64,000 nucleotides of DNA, taken from NCBI GenBank assembly GCA_002189035.1, contig NEEC01000004.1, positions 558,001-622,000 on the forward strand, written 5' to 3'. Under the pieces are notes generated by a model that did no database searches, was not told the DNA's origin, and saw only the letters and a program-made list of their open reading frames with translations. Position numbers and translations under genes: made by a program. This DNA is from Utricularia gibba. Taxonomy: Eukaryota > Plantae > Magnoliophyta. Positions 1 to 13,319 of the stretch are shown piece by piece (the stretch's first letter is position 1; every line of letters starts with the position of its first letter).

Positions 1-59
1 CGCGAAGTTCGAAGTACTGGAGCAAAGAAAAGGTGCAGGTTTTTGGTTGAAGGACGAAC

Positions 60-728
60 CTGCTTCTTTTTGAGATTGGGGAAGAGCAAAAAGCCCCGGG
101 AAAGGGAATCCATGTTCTCCAGGGACGGGAACCTTTTCCAATCCCAGATTGATAATGGCCTTAGTTCCTTCAGCCAATGTCCTGCAACCTTCCAGCCTCT
201 TTAGTGCAGTATTTATATAAAATGTGAGATAAATAAGAAGCTTATCAGCTGAACTCTGGATGTCGAAGTTTCTGAAAAAGACATTGGCACGAAAAAATGT
301 AATTGCTTCATCGACGATATCTGTGCTATCTGCAAATCCCACAAACAAATTCTATAAAAATCCATGCTTTCCATAAAAAATGTGATTTACTTGCGACAAA
401 GGCACCTTGCTCAGACGCCGGAGCTGGTCCTTTTATGTGACTCTTCAGGGGAAGCAGTGGACAGCCGCATGCTCTAGCGGTTTCTTCATCGTCCACAAAA
501 CTTGAGTGGTAAACCTGCAGTTTGCAAATTCAGAAAATGTTTTCCAATTCCCTGCCAGGATCTTACACAAACTACAAAGGAAATAATCTATAATCCCGAA
601 ACCAACCAGACAAAACTGTAAATCCCAAAAGAAAAACCCATATTTTGGACATCAAACAACGAGGAATTGAAGCTTATACAACGTAATAATCCCAAAAAAT
701 TAGCCAACTTTCAAGCAATACTCACCAT
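60..728 (-). CDS. ARPC3: Actin-related protein 2/3 complex subunit 3; 3' end lies outside the window
   Basis: Exons 726-728 (ATG), 406-514 and 60-329 with GT-AG ends translate to MVYHSSFVDDEETARACGCPLLPLKSHIKGPAP...DIVDEAITFFRANVFFRNFDIQSSADKLLIYLTFYINTALKRLEGCRTLAEGTKAIINLGLEKVPVPGEHGFPFPGLF, recognisable as plant ARPC3. Confidence 0.93.
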
Positions 729-1270
729 GTCAAAAGTTAGCCTACACAGGATCTCGCTTCTGCAAATTGGTATTCGATGATCCAAATAGCAACGATCCAC
801 AACTAAATCAAACGCAGCGTTCAAGAGAAGCAGATACCCTGAAACGCTGCTCAGAATTTCGCGATTCCCAAACAAGAAAACAATCGCAAGTTCTTTCTCC
901 TTCCCAAAATTATTATTTTAATTTTTTAATAGTATTCCATTTTTAATTAATTTAAATACATTCGGGTTTACTTTCTACTGCTTTGAAGAAGAAACAGAAA
1001 GAAACAATGCCAAGCCAACACAAATGATAAATCTGAGCTGAACTTCGGCATGGATTCTGTGTATAGCAGCAGCACATCAAATACCGGGGCTTCTTCTTCT
1101 TCCAATATGAAACCAGAAAAGGGAAAACAACAAGATGATTCATCGGCCAATATCAGTAGATAGACACTTCATGTGTACGTACAGCTCCTTGGACTCTTTG
1201 ATCTAAACAGATCCTAAATCCAGAATATTTGTGATCAAGTTGAGATACTGGAGCATCGTTCAAACATCAC

Positions 1271-2657
1271 CTACGAGGACGACGACGTCTGGCCTAAGCA
1301 AACAGGGCAAGGAGGGTCGCGCTTATGTTCAATTCTTGTTTTCTGTTCAAGACAGTCTGCGTGGTATGCGTGTCCACAAACCAAAACTGCCACAGAGCTG
1401 AAGGGGTTCTTCCTCAAGCCTTCCTGACAAAGCCTGCACTCCATCTTCCTTGTATTCCCATAAATCTCGTTTGGTAGAAACAGTCTCGACCTTATCCTCT
1501 CCGGTTTTATTAATGTTCTGTCCCGGCGCCCTGAAACCCAATGCACCACAAGTGAGATTCATAAGAAAGTTGAATGAAAGGAGTTCATCATTGTTTCATT
1601 CGGCTGACCTACACTGCATTATGACACATACATGAATGAAAGTAAAAAGACGCTGCATCAGAACTTTCTTTTTAAAAATGAAGTAAACAACATGGCGTTG
1701 GACTCAATGGATACATCTCAGAACTCAGAACTTGTAGTTAGGAGTTGGGGGTTTTTTTTTTAAAGGGAAGATGTAAGCATATCAGTTGTTCGGATGCTAA
1801 CAATAGAGTAAAGAACGATAAGGGAAACCTCCAAAGTCCAAAAGGCCTTTATTTTCCAGTTTGAATGAGAACTTAGTATCATAAGCTGTAGAGCCCTTCC
1901 AATGAGAAGGCGATGCATCTGAATTAATAGAAGAGCCTCTTCTGGAATATAAGCGACCAAAGGGATAACGAGAATGTTTCGCCAATTTTGCCCGGCCAGA
2001 GAAGTGGCTGTGATTAGGTGATTGGTGAGTTGCTGGTCTCTCCATTGAACTATCCGCAACTTCTAACACAGGTGGAGACTGAACTGCATTACTTTCGGCT
2101 GGTTCAGAAGATCTCTGGGTGAAATCAATCAAAACAAATAGGACAAAAATGAGGATATGCACTGCATACAGTGACAAAGTTTAAGGAAATTCTACACAAT
2201 ACACAAACCTGTTCAGAATGCAAATCCTCCAGGGGAACCTGCTGCGTAGAATCTGAAAATTGCACCACAACAACGGTAAGCATCAGAAATGAAAGCTTGC
2301 AACTTTCCAAACCCCATCAAGGGAATGGAGAATACAAGGCCTAAAATCAATAACATCTGTTGAAGAATCAGAATGTGGAAGCAAAATACGGCCATTTCTA
2401 TCACAATCTGAGAGCAACAAAGATGATTCATTTCATGATTAGCACCGAAGGAAAAGAACATCATTGCCGTAAAATTCAACACCTAAAAAGAATCAACAGC
2501 AAATGTTCATCAAAATAACCACTACCCAGAAAAAAAAAAGGAGTGGAGGTAGGAGAATAAAAATCAAGAATCAGGAAAGGGAGGAGATAGATATACAGAA
2601 ACTACCAGATGGAGATGGGTCGTCTGGGTGATCAGGCCCTCTTTTTCTCTTTCCCAT
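1271..2657 (-). CDS. Plant RING-finger protein (C-terminal C-x2-C...CGHAYHADC...CPVC)
   Basis: Exons 2606-2657 (MGKRKRGPDHPDDPS), 2209-2252, 1829-2114 and 1271-1530 splice in frame; the last exon encodes CRLCQ...AVLVCGHAYHADCLEQKT...DPPCPVC. Confidence 0.8.
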
Positions 2658-4388
2658 TACGCTATAAACACCAAATTCTTGAAACGAAGGAGAGCAGAGG
2701 AGCGAAATCGAGGATTGGGACAAGGGTTTAGAGTGATTAATGGTGTGAGAAGAGATTGCAGACGGACGAGGAAGCGTGAATCGTGGCGGAGCGAGATTCT
2801 TGCTGTAGATAAAAGCGAGTGTGGGGGAGAGAAGGAAGAAATAGGTACCCCACGCACCTAAATACACACGAAGATCAGATCATCCAGCTTCTTCCTCAGA
2901 GGGATGCTTCCTCCTCATTCTCAAATTGTTATAATATTACATAATTAATTTCCTTCATATCGCAGATGCGGGTTAGATTTCATTAGACGAGAGTGAGACC
3001 CTCATCTGGGCTCATGGAGCTTCACGACCCCATAGCCATCTCCCCAGATACATCTCCAAGTGGAGCCACCCTCCAACTCTCCTCTCCAGTCACCGGAGTT
3101 TCTATCAGAGGGAGCGCCCAGTACAGCGACAAGGACACCATCCACTCGAGTTTCTTAGGTTTTACACTATCCGCTTCAATTCCATCTCTGAATCACATCG
3201 ATGGGAGGAAGGTAAGAGTTTCATTGCAATCCCAATCCTTTTGATCAATGCAATTACACGAACGCCGATTGTTCTTACAAGTTTTATTTACGTCAAAGAT
3301 TTGAAAAGCTACTATTTTTAAAAAAAAATTTCAAATATTTACTCAATTTTATCCACGAATGATTTTTTTAAATAATTTTTTCTATCCGGAAAATCATTCA
3401 TGAGATTTTAAAAATCATGATAATCATATTTTTTTTATAAATAATTTCACTTATCATTCATTTTCAAACATCAATATAATTAAATATATTATTTACTATA
3501 ATTCTTTACTTTTCAAACGTAAATTCATTTTTATAAATACTATAAATGGACATAATGTAGGTAATATTATATAATTTGAAATTATGATTCAAATTATGTA
3601 TAATAAAATTATTTTTTTAGATTATATGAATATAATTAATTTAAAATATAAATTTAATATGAAAAATTATATATTATAACATTTAATAATCTCTTAATTA
3701 ATAAATGAACTAATATTTAATGAATTAAAATTAATCATAAATCTAAATTTTTTATTTTATTATTATAATATTTAAAATTTAAATAAATCACTTAAAAAAT
3801 TTATGTAAAACAGAACATGCTCGTATTCTAATACAAAAATTAATCTTTCAACTGAAAAATAAGAAAGGAGTTGAGTAGTTGTCTTTTGAATTATTTTTAT
3901 AAATGTATTTTTTTGTACTTTTAAGAAGTATAATTTAAAAGTGTTTCAAGATGGAGGAATACCTTTTTTCAAGTGATTCCTCCTTTAGAAATCCTCCTTC
4001 TCGTAGAATATTTTAGATTTTTACTTTTTAAAGTAGAAATGGTTCATGTTAATCTGAAATCTTTTTACAAAAATAAAATCATGATGTTTTTTGTAAAAAA
4101 AAAAAAAAAAAATTATGAAAGGGAGTGGGAAGAAGTGAAGGCGAGGAGGCGTATTTGGGAGATGAGGATTTGAGTTGTCTTCTCGCTTCCATGGAGTTTC
4201 TCAACTCTTATCTTATCCTAAGCCATCACGCGCGCTAACGAACTTGAAGCAGCGCCAAACCCTACCCAGCTTCCCAAATCCGTTTCTTTGCTATAAATAC
4301 ACGCTTCGCTTCTTCGTGTCCGCACGTTTCATCTCACCGTTCTCCCACCATTTTCGATTTCCCAAAGGGGCTCTGTGGGTGAACGGGT

Positions 4389-7300
4389 ATGGGCGAGTAC
4401 ACGCTCCTCTCAGATCTCGGCACCGAGATCCTCATTCCAGTTTGCGCGCTTGTTGGCATACTCTTCGCCATCCTGCAATGGTTCCTTGTCTCTAAGGTCA
4501 GCCTTGCTCACGGCAAGCCACAAGGGAATAATAATGGACTTAATGAGCCGCTCGTCGAGGAGGAGGAGGGCTCTTCAGACATTTTCGTCGTGCGCAAATG
4601 CGCTGAAATCCAATCTGCAATCTCCGAAGGTCGGTCTCCCTGTCTTGCTGGTTTTTTTTCATAAGAAAATAGGGTGGATCTTCTGTGGGTCTGTCTGGTT
4701 TTATGAAAATGAGTTCGTGATTGACGGTATCTCTGCCATGCTGTGTGTTGCGTGGTTTTTTTTTTTTTTTTTTTTGATGATTTGTTTTTCCAACACTTGT
4801 TTGCTCCCAGTTTGGTTTGCGTGATGTTCTTCCCATTGAAGCATTTTACACAACGAATTTTTGATGCTTCGATTCTTCAGAATATTCTATTCAAATAAAA
4901 TTTTGAATTTTCTTTTCAGTTGTCGGTGAAATGGGAAAGGGCGCTTAGTTTGCTTTGTGAGTGACGTGGAATTTTCGTACAACTGTTCTTGTCTCTCTTT
5001 TTTAATGTGCTGCACCTGAGTACTGTTATTGGTTTTTATTGGCACGTGCTTTGTGGACCTGAACTTGCCATGGTCTTCTTGCTTGAGGTTATGGTTGATC
5101 ATTATTAGTACTCTGTAGTGAAGCACTTTCATCATTTTATCATTTTCTTACCCGAATTCTATGCTGAAGTAACTAAAGATTTTAGTTTTATTTCTGGGGG
5201 TACTTGAATTTACGTTTTAAAGTACTACAGTTGATGATGGAATGCCGTTCTTTTTGTCTTGATCACTATCGTGATTTCTACTTTCTTTGAATACGTCTGT
5301 TTATGACAATAATACTGGCCGAACATAGAAGAGAAACTATGCTGCTGCAACCTTTTCGTAGCGTCGCTTCAATTTATGTTATGATGCAGGTGCTACGTCA
5401 TTCCTTTTCACGGAATACAGGTATGTTGGCACCTTCATGGTTGCCTTTGCTGTACTCATCTTCGTCTTCCTTGCATCGGTTGAAGGATTCAGCACCCAGA
5501 GTCGACCTTGTGCATTTGACAAAAGCAAATTATGCAAGCCTGCTCTCGCCACAGCTATCTTTAGTACCATATCCTTTCTGCTAGGTGCTATTACATCGTT
5601 GTTCTCTGGGTTTCTCGGGATGAAAATTGCAACATATGCCAATGCAAGAACTACTTTAGAGGCTCGAAAGGGTGTAGGAAAGGCTTTCATTATTGCATTC
5701 AGGTCTGGTGCAGTCATGGGTTTCCTTCTTGCCGCAAATGGTCTTCTAGTTTTATATATCGCCATCAACTTGTTTAAGCTATACTATGGTGACGACTGGG
5801 AAGGTCTGTTTGAGGCCATAACTGGTTACGGCCTTGGTGGATCTTCAATGGCCCTGTTTGGGAGAGTTGGTGGGGGTATCTACACTAAGGCAGCCGATGT
5901 TGGTGCTGATCTTGTTGGAAAAGTGGAAAGAAATATCCCTGAAGATGATCCCAGAAACCCTGCAGTATGTTCTAGTTGAATTTGGTTTGCAGCAAATGTC
6001 TTAGCTATTTTCTTCTGTTCAGCTTATTTTTTCTTGCCGTTCTTCCAGGTTATAGCTGATAATGTAGGTGATAATGTGGGGGATATTGCTGGTATGGGGT
6101 CTGATCTCTTCGGTTCATATGCTGAATCTTCCTGTGCGGCCCTCGTTGTAGCCTCCATTTCATCTTTTGGCATCAATCACGACCTGACCGCTATGCTATA
6201 TCCGCTTCTAGTCAGTTCTGTTGGAATTCTTGTCTGTTTGCTGACCACACTCTTCGCAACTGATTTCTTCGAAGTTAAGGGTGTCAAAGAAATTGAACCA
6301 TCATTGAAGAATCAACTCATTATATCTACTGTACTGATGATTATTGGTATAGCTATTGTTAGTTGGATTGCACTTCCATCCTCCTTCACAATATTTAATT
6401 TTGGAGCACAGAAGGCAGTTACTTGGTGGTGAGTACTCGTCTTCTTTGGCTTGCCAGCATGCATTAAAACGTCGTTTCAGATTCACAGCCATTACTTGGG
6501 TATCTTTTCTTTTCGAATGAAAAATTACTTTTTCTGGCCTAGTTATCCCCTAGCTGTGTTGTCTCCAAGTTCTGCAGCAGCTCTGTTCAAGATGCTTGAC
6601 GACTACACGCATATACCACCTTTCACCGCTTGTGAAATTTCTAAGCTGTTTAAAATTCGCTGCTTGCAGGAAATTAGCCCTGTGTGTTGGTGTTGGCTTA
6701 GTAGCTGGCCTTATCATTGGTTTTGTGACCGAGTTCTATACAAGCAATGCCTATAGGTATTCCTTCTGCAGTTTTTTTTAACTAACGCTGTGTAGTGGCT
6801 ACTATTCTAACACATTTCTATCTCCCTTGCAGCCCTGTGCAGGATGTTGCTGATGCATGTCGTACAGGAGCAGCTACCAACGTGATATTTGGCCTTGCAC
6901 TGGATACAAATCAGTCATTATCCCAATTTTTGCTATAGCAGTTAGCATTTTTGTGAGTTTTAGTTTTGCTGCTATGTATGGGATTGCAGTGGCAGCCCTC
7001 GGTATGCTAAGCACAATTGCCACTGGCTTGGCCATTGATGCATACGGTCCCATCAGTGACAATGCTGGTGGTATTGCTGAGATGGCTGGGATGAGTCATA
7101 ATATAAGAGAGAGAACAGATGCTCTTGATGCTGCTGGAAACACTACTGCAGCTATTGGAAAGGTATCTGCCTCGTCTTATCTCTGTGTCTCACTTGTGAT
7201 AATTATTGCTGATTGTATGTAGTTCCGTCTTTTCTTACCAGGGATTTGCTATCGGCTCTGCTGCTCTTGTTTCGCTTGCGCTGTTTGGAGCTTTTGTCAG

Positions 7301-8074
7301 TCGTGCGAATGTGTCAACCGTAGATGTTTTGACTCCAAAAGTATTCATCGGATTGATTGTAGGTGCCATGCTTCCGTACTGGTTTTCAGCCATGACAATG
7401 AAGAGTGTTGGTAAAGCTGCTCTCAAGATGGTTGAAGAAGTTCGCCGGCAATTTAACACAATCCCTGGTATCATGGACGGCACCGGGAAACCAGACTATG
7501 CCACTTGTGTGAAAATATCCACTGATGCATCTATTAGGGAGATGATCCCCCAGGTGCTCTTGTCATGCTCACACCACTCATTGTCGGCATCTTCTTTGGC
7601 GTGGAGACCCTTTCCGGTGTGCTTGCTGGCGCTCTCGTATCTGGTGTTCAGGTAATGCTAAATGAATGCATTCCAATGCAAAAAAGTCGTTCTTGCTACG
7701 TGTTTCTTGATGATGTACGTACACATACAGATAGCTATATCCGCTTCCAACACTGGTGGAGCGTGGGACAATGCAAAGAAGTACATCGAGGTAAACATTC
7801 TGTTTGCATTTTTCACACAGCTATAGAATCATTCAAACTCATTTGCTGTTTACAGGCTGGTGCTTCAGAGCATGCACAAAGCCTTGGCCCCAAAGGGTCA
7901 GATCCACACAAAGCTGCGGTGATCGGGGACACCATTGGAGACCCTCTCAAGGACACTTCGGGGCCCTCGTTGAACATTCTCATCAAGCTAATGGCAGTGG
8001 AGTCTCTGGTTTTCGCCCCCTTTTTCGCAGCTCATGGAGGATTGCTTTTCAAGCTCGGAGATCTTATCTTCTAA
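4389..8074 (+). CDS. AVP1: Type I (K+-dependent) vacuolar H+-pyrophosphatase, 8 exons; two apparent 1-bp deletions
   Basis: Exons 4389-4629, 5390-5964, 6049-6428, 6670-6756, 6833-7162, 7242-7651, 7729-7790, 7856-8074. Motifs [48 protein letters not shown] (Ala = K+-dependent type, established rule) and [14 protein letters not shown]. Frameshifts at 6902-6903 and 7547-7551. Confidence 0.95.
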
Positions 8075-8681
8075 AGAGGGAAGGACACTTCTTCCGTCAA
8101 TTCTTTCCATCCATCAAAGTTACAATCCATCTTTTGTTTTGCATTGTCATTTGTTCAGTTCCATCTTGTAGTCGCCTTTTGCTTATGCTCTTTTTATTCC
8201 TCGATCATGTGATTCTATTTCAAAACTCAAAATTTCGCAGGGGATTCCTATCCCTTCTGCTCTTTGGAGAAACTAGAAACGGTAGAGAAGAACAATGGAA
8301 CATTCGAATTTTATGTATCCATTTCATATCAGTCTCACAGTTTTCGTTCAATGCTGTTTGATGCCTGGAGTTACCATGACCACTCTTCATTCGAGCTTAT
8401 ACTGTACAAAACATTGCATTTCATAAAGTATAGAAAAAAAATGTGTATTTCCACTTGGGGTCAATGTATTCCATACAGGGGTGGCGTTGCTGCCTGCTGA
8501 TATTGTTTTGTATGTCCGTAAATTTTGTACAGTGAAGAAGATAGCACACTGGAATGATGATATAAATGCTTGGCTCTGTCTCAACGTTTGTGATTTTCTT
8601 CAGGTGCACTTACCCTGCCGCTTATGTTCTTCAAATGATGAATGCATCTTGTCTCTTATCTTGTGGTTGATCACATTTCAT

Positions 8682-10833
8682 TTACGTTTGTGCAAGAGCG
8701 TGGCAGAGCTTCGATACTCGTCTCCGAAGAAGCGGCTCTATCCGAAAAGAGGAAAGCTTGTTTTGCAACTTCTTTGCTTCATACATGTCATTCCATGCCT
8801 GTATTATCTCATCGATATTGAATCCTAGACCTGCATATGACAATCACTTTCTTTCCATTATGAGTTAACTTGTGAAAATGATTTGTATGTCATTGGGTCA
8901 CCTTCCAATCCTGTGCCGCTGGAGCAATGATTCTTCATCATGACACCAATGTCTGTGGGAGAAGCTCCCGCAAGCTCGAACTTTTTGATGGCTGCATCCA
9001 AACACTCCTGCCACACAGGAAGTCCTAGTTTGAATTCCATGTTTGATCTTTCATACAACATGGTGCCCCACAGGACATATATTTGAGATCTTATGTTTGC
9101 TGCCTGCTGCTCAGCTTCTTCCTCAGACACATGCTTCAACATCTTGTCCAGATTCATTTTCTTCAGGAGGGATTCTGTTGAATTGGGCTCCAGAGGTTTG
9201 ATCCGTCGCAGCTCCTCTCGCTCCTCCCACATTTTCATCCCCTTTTCTACGTTCTCTTCTGCATTGTTATACAGGAATAGAACTTCCCCTGAAGGCCATT
9301 GCTCGAGATCAGCCCCTGTAGCAGCTGCAAAATACCAAGAAAGCTTTGCTTGCTCGAACTGCTGCTGCCCAAGAGCTAAAACAGCTTCATAAAAGTTTGC
9401 TTTAATCCTCAGAGCCTCCTCATACCGCCTCCCTGCTTTGGTGAACTCGTCCTGTGCCCAATCGTAAGCATTTCGAATTTTCTCTAGCACAGATTCTTGC
9501 GCCGAATCCTCGCTGAAATGAATCCTTTTTCTTGCCCTCGACATATGAACATTTCCCCAGCTGAACAAAGCCAAAGCTGCCATCTCCTGAAACTTATCAG
9601 CTGCTAGGCCGAAAAGATCTTGAGCCTCTTCACTAGTTACAGTCTCTTCCATGGCTTCAGAACACAGTTTGATTCCCAGCTCATGAATGTCTAAATGGGC
9701 ATCAATGTCAAACCCCACATAGTTTTTGAAAAACTGAGCAAACTGGATGATCCAATCGTTTAGACAAGTAGAGGATTCGCTACAAACTTCCATTTGCTTC
9801 CTCTCCACATTCCCAGCATCGCTGAACTGTTTCACGCCATGATTGTCTTTCTTTAGCTTCTGAAGTAAAGGATCATAATCAGGATTCACTTCAAACATGT
9901 GAAGTTTCAAGGAACCAACCCCTGTAGATGCCTCAGCCCACCGCAGGTCCTCCGTAGTGGTGATGGTCACCAGATCACCTTCTTGATCCTTATATTTGAC
10001 AAGAAAAGCTTTCAAAGATGGAAAGTGATCTGAAATGATCTCCCTCATCTTCAGTATGCTGCTATTAGTCGGAACACGAGCCCATCGAATGTCTTCTCCA
10101 TAAACCAACTTCATTTTCCTTCTGCATGCTTCTTCTGAGACACTAGTAATTTTTTCTTCCTCTACAGCCAGCTTGTCTTCAGTATTTTCATAATCAGGTT
10201 TCAGTAAATCAAGCTTTCCTTTTATTCTACTCCTAAAACTCCTCCCCTGCTCAACAATGCTACTTTTCCTAGACATCATCTCACTCGAATCCTGGCCATG
10301 GGGCTCTCTGGTCTGAGGAGAAGCCAGTGGCTCTGCATACTCAGGCAAGGGAACCAAATCCACAGCAGGCTCCATCAGCCTTGACCCTTGTCTCACAAAT
10401 GTCTTTCTCAACCTCTGCTCGAGATCATTCGCCATGAGGTTACTCGGCTCTGTCTTCAACACTAATCTAACATCTCTGAGAGCCAAATCGAGCTTGCTCA
10501 AGGCCTCATAGCATCTAGCTCTCTTCAACAAAGCTTTACTATACGTAGGTGTAACTTCAAGGGCCAAGTTACACTCATCAATTGCCCTTGGGTACTTGAG
10601 GACTCCCATCTGCATATAACATTCTGCCATATTACTTCTGATATAAGAGATATCCACATGATTCTCAGGAAGCAATTGTATGGCTTTGTCATACTTGATC
10701 AACGCCCCGTCGTAATCCCGTCTCTGAAAGCAACGATTACCTTCATCCTTGAGTTCTTGGGACATCGAAATGAAGATAACGTGTCCTTATCATACCCTCT
10801 CAGGCTACTTTCATTCGATCGCATCTGCCTCAT
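8682..10833 (-). CDS. PHOX/CLMP1-family TPR + PB1 protein; start uncertain, apparent frameshift near 10780
   Basis: 635-aa ORF with TPRs ([20 protein letters not shown]...[15 protein letters not shown]) and PB1 ([15 protein letters not shown]). An intron at 8831-8901 joins a last exon 8682-8830 ([20 protein letters not shown]...[14 protein letters not shown]). The family motif YDKDT[10 protein letters not shown] is split across two frames at about 10780. Confidence 0.88.
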
Positions 10834-12562
10834 ATATGTTTCTCTCCATTTGTTGCCATAGCGAGCCTGATCACTTGCACTATTTCTCCTCCTCATGCTC
10901 ATCGCAGAGCCCTAACACCTAACAACCAGCAATTACCTTCTCCAATGAAATCCAGAGGATACCCATCTCATACATTACAAAACATCAACAATCCAATATC
11001 ATCAATAGATCAAGAACCCACCTTTTTTATCAGGGGCGCCAACCAATCCTCAAATCAAATACGCCCGCCCATTGTCAGGATCGAAAGCAAAATTCCCATC
11101 CAGATCAAGGCATTTGTGGGTTGTTGAATGAGAGGATAGGAATCCGCCATTGAAACAGAGTCTCTTCGTTATATTTACAGCCAAAAATACATATCAATGT
11201 GGAAGCATTCGCAGCTTCAATCAAATACCACATAAATGATCGATCGATCGATCGTCCCAAAGAATCAACTTTTCCAGTTTGACCGGAAATACAGAAGACT
11301 CCGCCAACGGTCCACCACAATCCGCGGGAAAACAAAATCCCCTTATCCGCGGGAAATAGACAATAAAATATTGAAATTCATTTATTATTCTTATATTATT
11401 AGATAAGGCAGTCATAATGCCAAATACGACAAAAAGATAATCGGATGATTTAAAGCAAATGAGGAAATTAATGACAATTTAAAATTGTTTTAAGTCAAAA
11501 GGGAAAGGATACCTACCCTCTAGACATTGACCCTAAATCTAGGCTCACTTGTCCTAAGGCGTCACAGGCCAAATATTTTAACTTTTCAAACATCCAGCGA
11601 AGCAAATAATTGTTTGTATGGGCAGTGCAGGTAAGGAGGCTCCACGTGGTCCGGTCGTCCACGTCATCAACGGGGACCCACTCGAGAGACAGCGAATCGC
11701 CACCGCATCACACAAGGGTCCCAGTGCATTCACGCCTCACAACTGCCACTCACTCCCTCCTGTCATTACTGTTCTGCAACTGCCTCAACGAACATTCTGT
11801 TCCTGCCCTAATTTTGCTTTTGAGGCTATTTGACTGATCTTGCGCATGCTCCTGGGATCCTGAATTTCATTGAAAATGACTTAACGTTGTTGTGGTTTAG
11901 TGGATGTTCTTCTTCACTTGAAGAAACAGAGGTGCGTACCTGCAGTGTTTGAGTTCGAAATTGTGCTGCTCCGTGCAAATCTCCATCTCCTGATCACATG
12001 GTGGTGCGTATTATGACCCAATCAAGGCGTTGATCCTACAGAAGCTGAAGGGTGAGATAGCAGAAAGGTACCTCATTGATCTTCCAATCGGGTGACCACC
12101 ACCGACCCTGGAAAACGAAACCTAAACAGCCGAAACCTGCCGGCAACGCCCATCCCCACTCCGCCCCCGAACGCCCGAATCATGTCGATTCCGTTGCGTT
12201 GAGTCGTTGTTGTCGTGTCGCGCAGTATGCATGACCAGCCATGAGGGTCTCGGACCCCTAATTTTTTGCAGCAAAGTTTGAACAAAAACGATGTGCGCAA
12301 GGAAAAGGGCATGTCCCTTGATACTTGGTTGGTGCCATGTCTTTCATTCTAGTGACTGGCCACGGAACACTGCATCTGTTGTCACAATGTAGAATACTAA
12401 CATGGGACCGTGTGTTTCGCATTTAATATATTTGTCACGTTGCATGTCTCTCTAGGTGTATATATATATGTGCACGCAGACGAAGTTGGAAGGAAGAATC
12501 AAAGCCAACGTTTCAATTGAAGCACAGAGATTAGATCCTCAATTTCCCCTTTTGGAACAAGA

Positions 12563-13319
12563 ATGAGGTTCTCTTTCTTTGCGGTTCTACTTCTTGTGGG
12601 GTTTCTCCATGTCCACGAAGCTCAAGGTATGTAAACAAGGGCGGGCTCTAGGAACACCTCTTTTTTCTCCTCAGAATCACAGTAATCTCATCGATTTTCT
12701 GCAGGGAGAGAAGGATTACATCGTGATCTAGAGATTGAACAAGAGAGAAGTAGAAAAGATGGAGGAGTTCTTGAGTCAGTTCTTTGCGAAAGCAGCCATT
12801 CTCGAATTAAAGAAATACCCAGTGAGCAAACAGTTTTTGTAGCTCAAGATTTTTTTTAGCAAGTTCTTTAGGGTTTTGTTTAATACTCCTGAGCACGTGG
12901 AGCTGCTTCATCCGAGTTAGGATCATGCCCAGCCCTTGCCTTTAACTCTCCCAAATTCACTGTTCATCAAAAGTTGTAGCCTACTCTGTCGTGGAATATG
13001 TGAATCTAACTCTATGTTACGAAAATAGCTAAATTCCATCCAATCCCATCTGCCCCAATTTCTCCCACATCATAATCCGATGCAACCCTGTACTTCATGA
13101 AGGTCTTACTAAAGTTTCTCAACTTCTTATGGCTTTGCAGGGGCTGCTAGGAAACTCCTCAACGAGAAGACTACTTCCAGCTCCTCCAAGGGAACCAACC
13201 GGAAAACGTCAGCAGTCGAAACGGCGGTGGAGGACCAGCAGCCACAGTTAACGGACATGGTGGACATCGTAGGAATGGATTACTCCGCGGCAAAGCGAAA
13301 GCCACCAATACATAACTGA
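12563..13319 (+). CDS. RGF/GOLVEN/CLEL sulfated peptide precursor (mature DYSAAKRKPPIHN); absent from the ORF track
   Basis: Exons 12563-12626 (signal peptide MRFSFFAVLLLVGFLHVHEAQG), 12705-12821 and 13141-13319 splice in frame with GT-AG ends. The C-terminus is MDYSAAKRKPPIHN-stop, matching the 13-aa DY...PIHN RGF/GLV motif. Confidence 0.9.

Noticed and set aside
952-1150. 60-63-aa ORFs between the RING gene and ARPC3
   Set aside because: No recognisable motif; located in probable 3'UTR or promoter sequence.
3300-4100. AT-rich spacers (also about 15.5-16.3, 22.0-22.5, 33.5-34.4 and 50.3-50.8 kb) as MITE or Helitron remnants
   Set aside because: No terminal inverted repeats, target-site duplications or Helitron termini could be identified by eye.
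11745-11775. TCCCTCCTG, similar to the core of a miR390/TAS3 site
   Set aside because: Only 9 nt match and there is no tasiARF sequence nearby.
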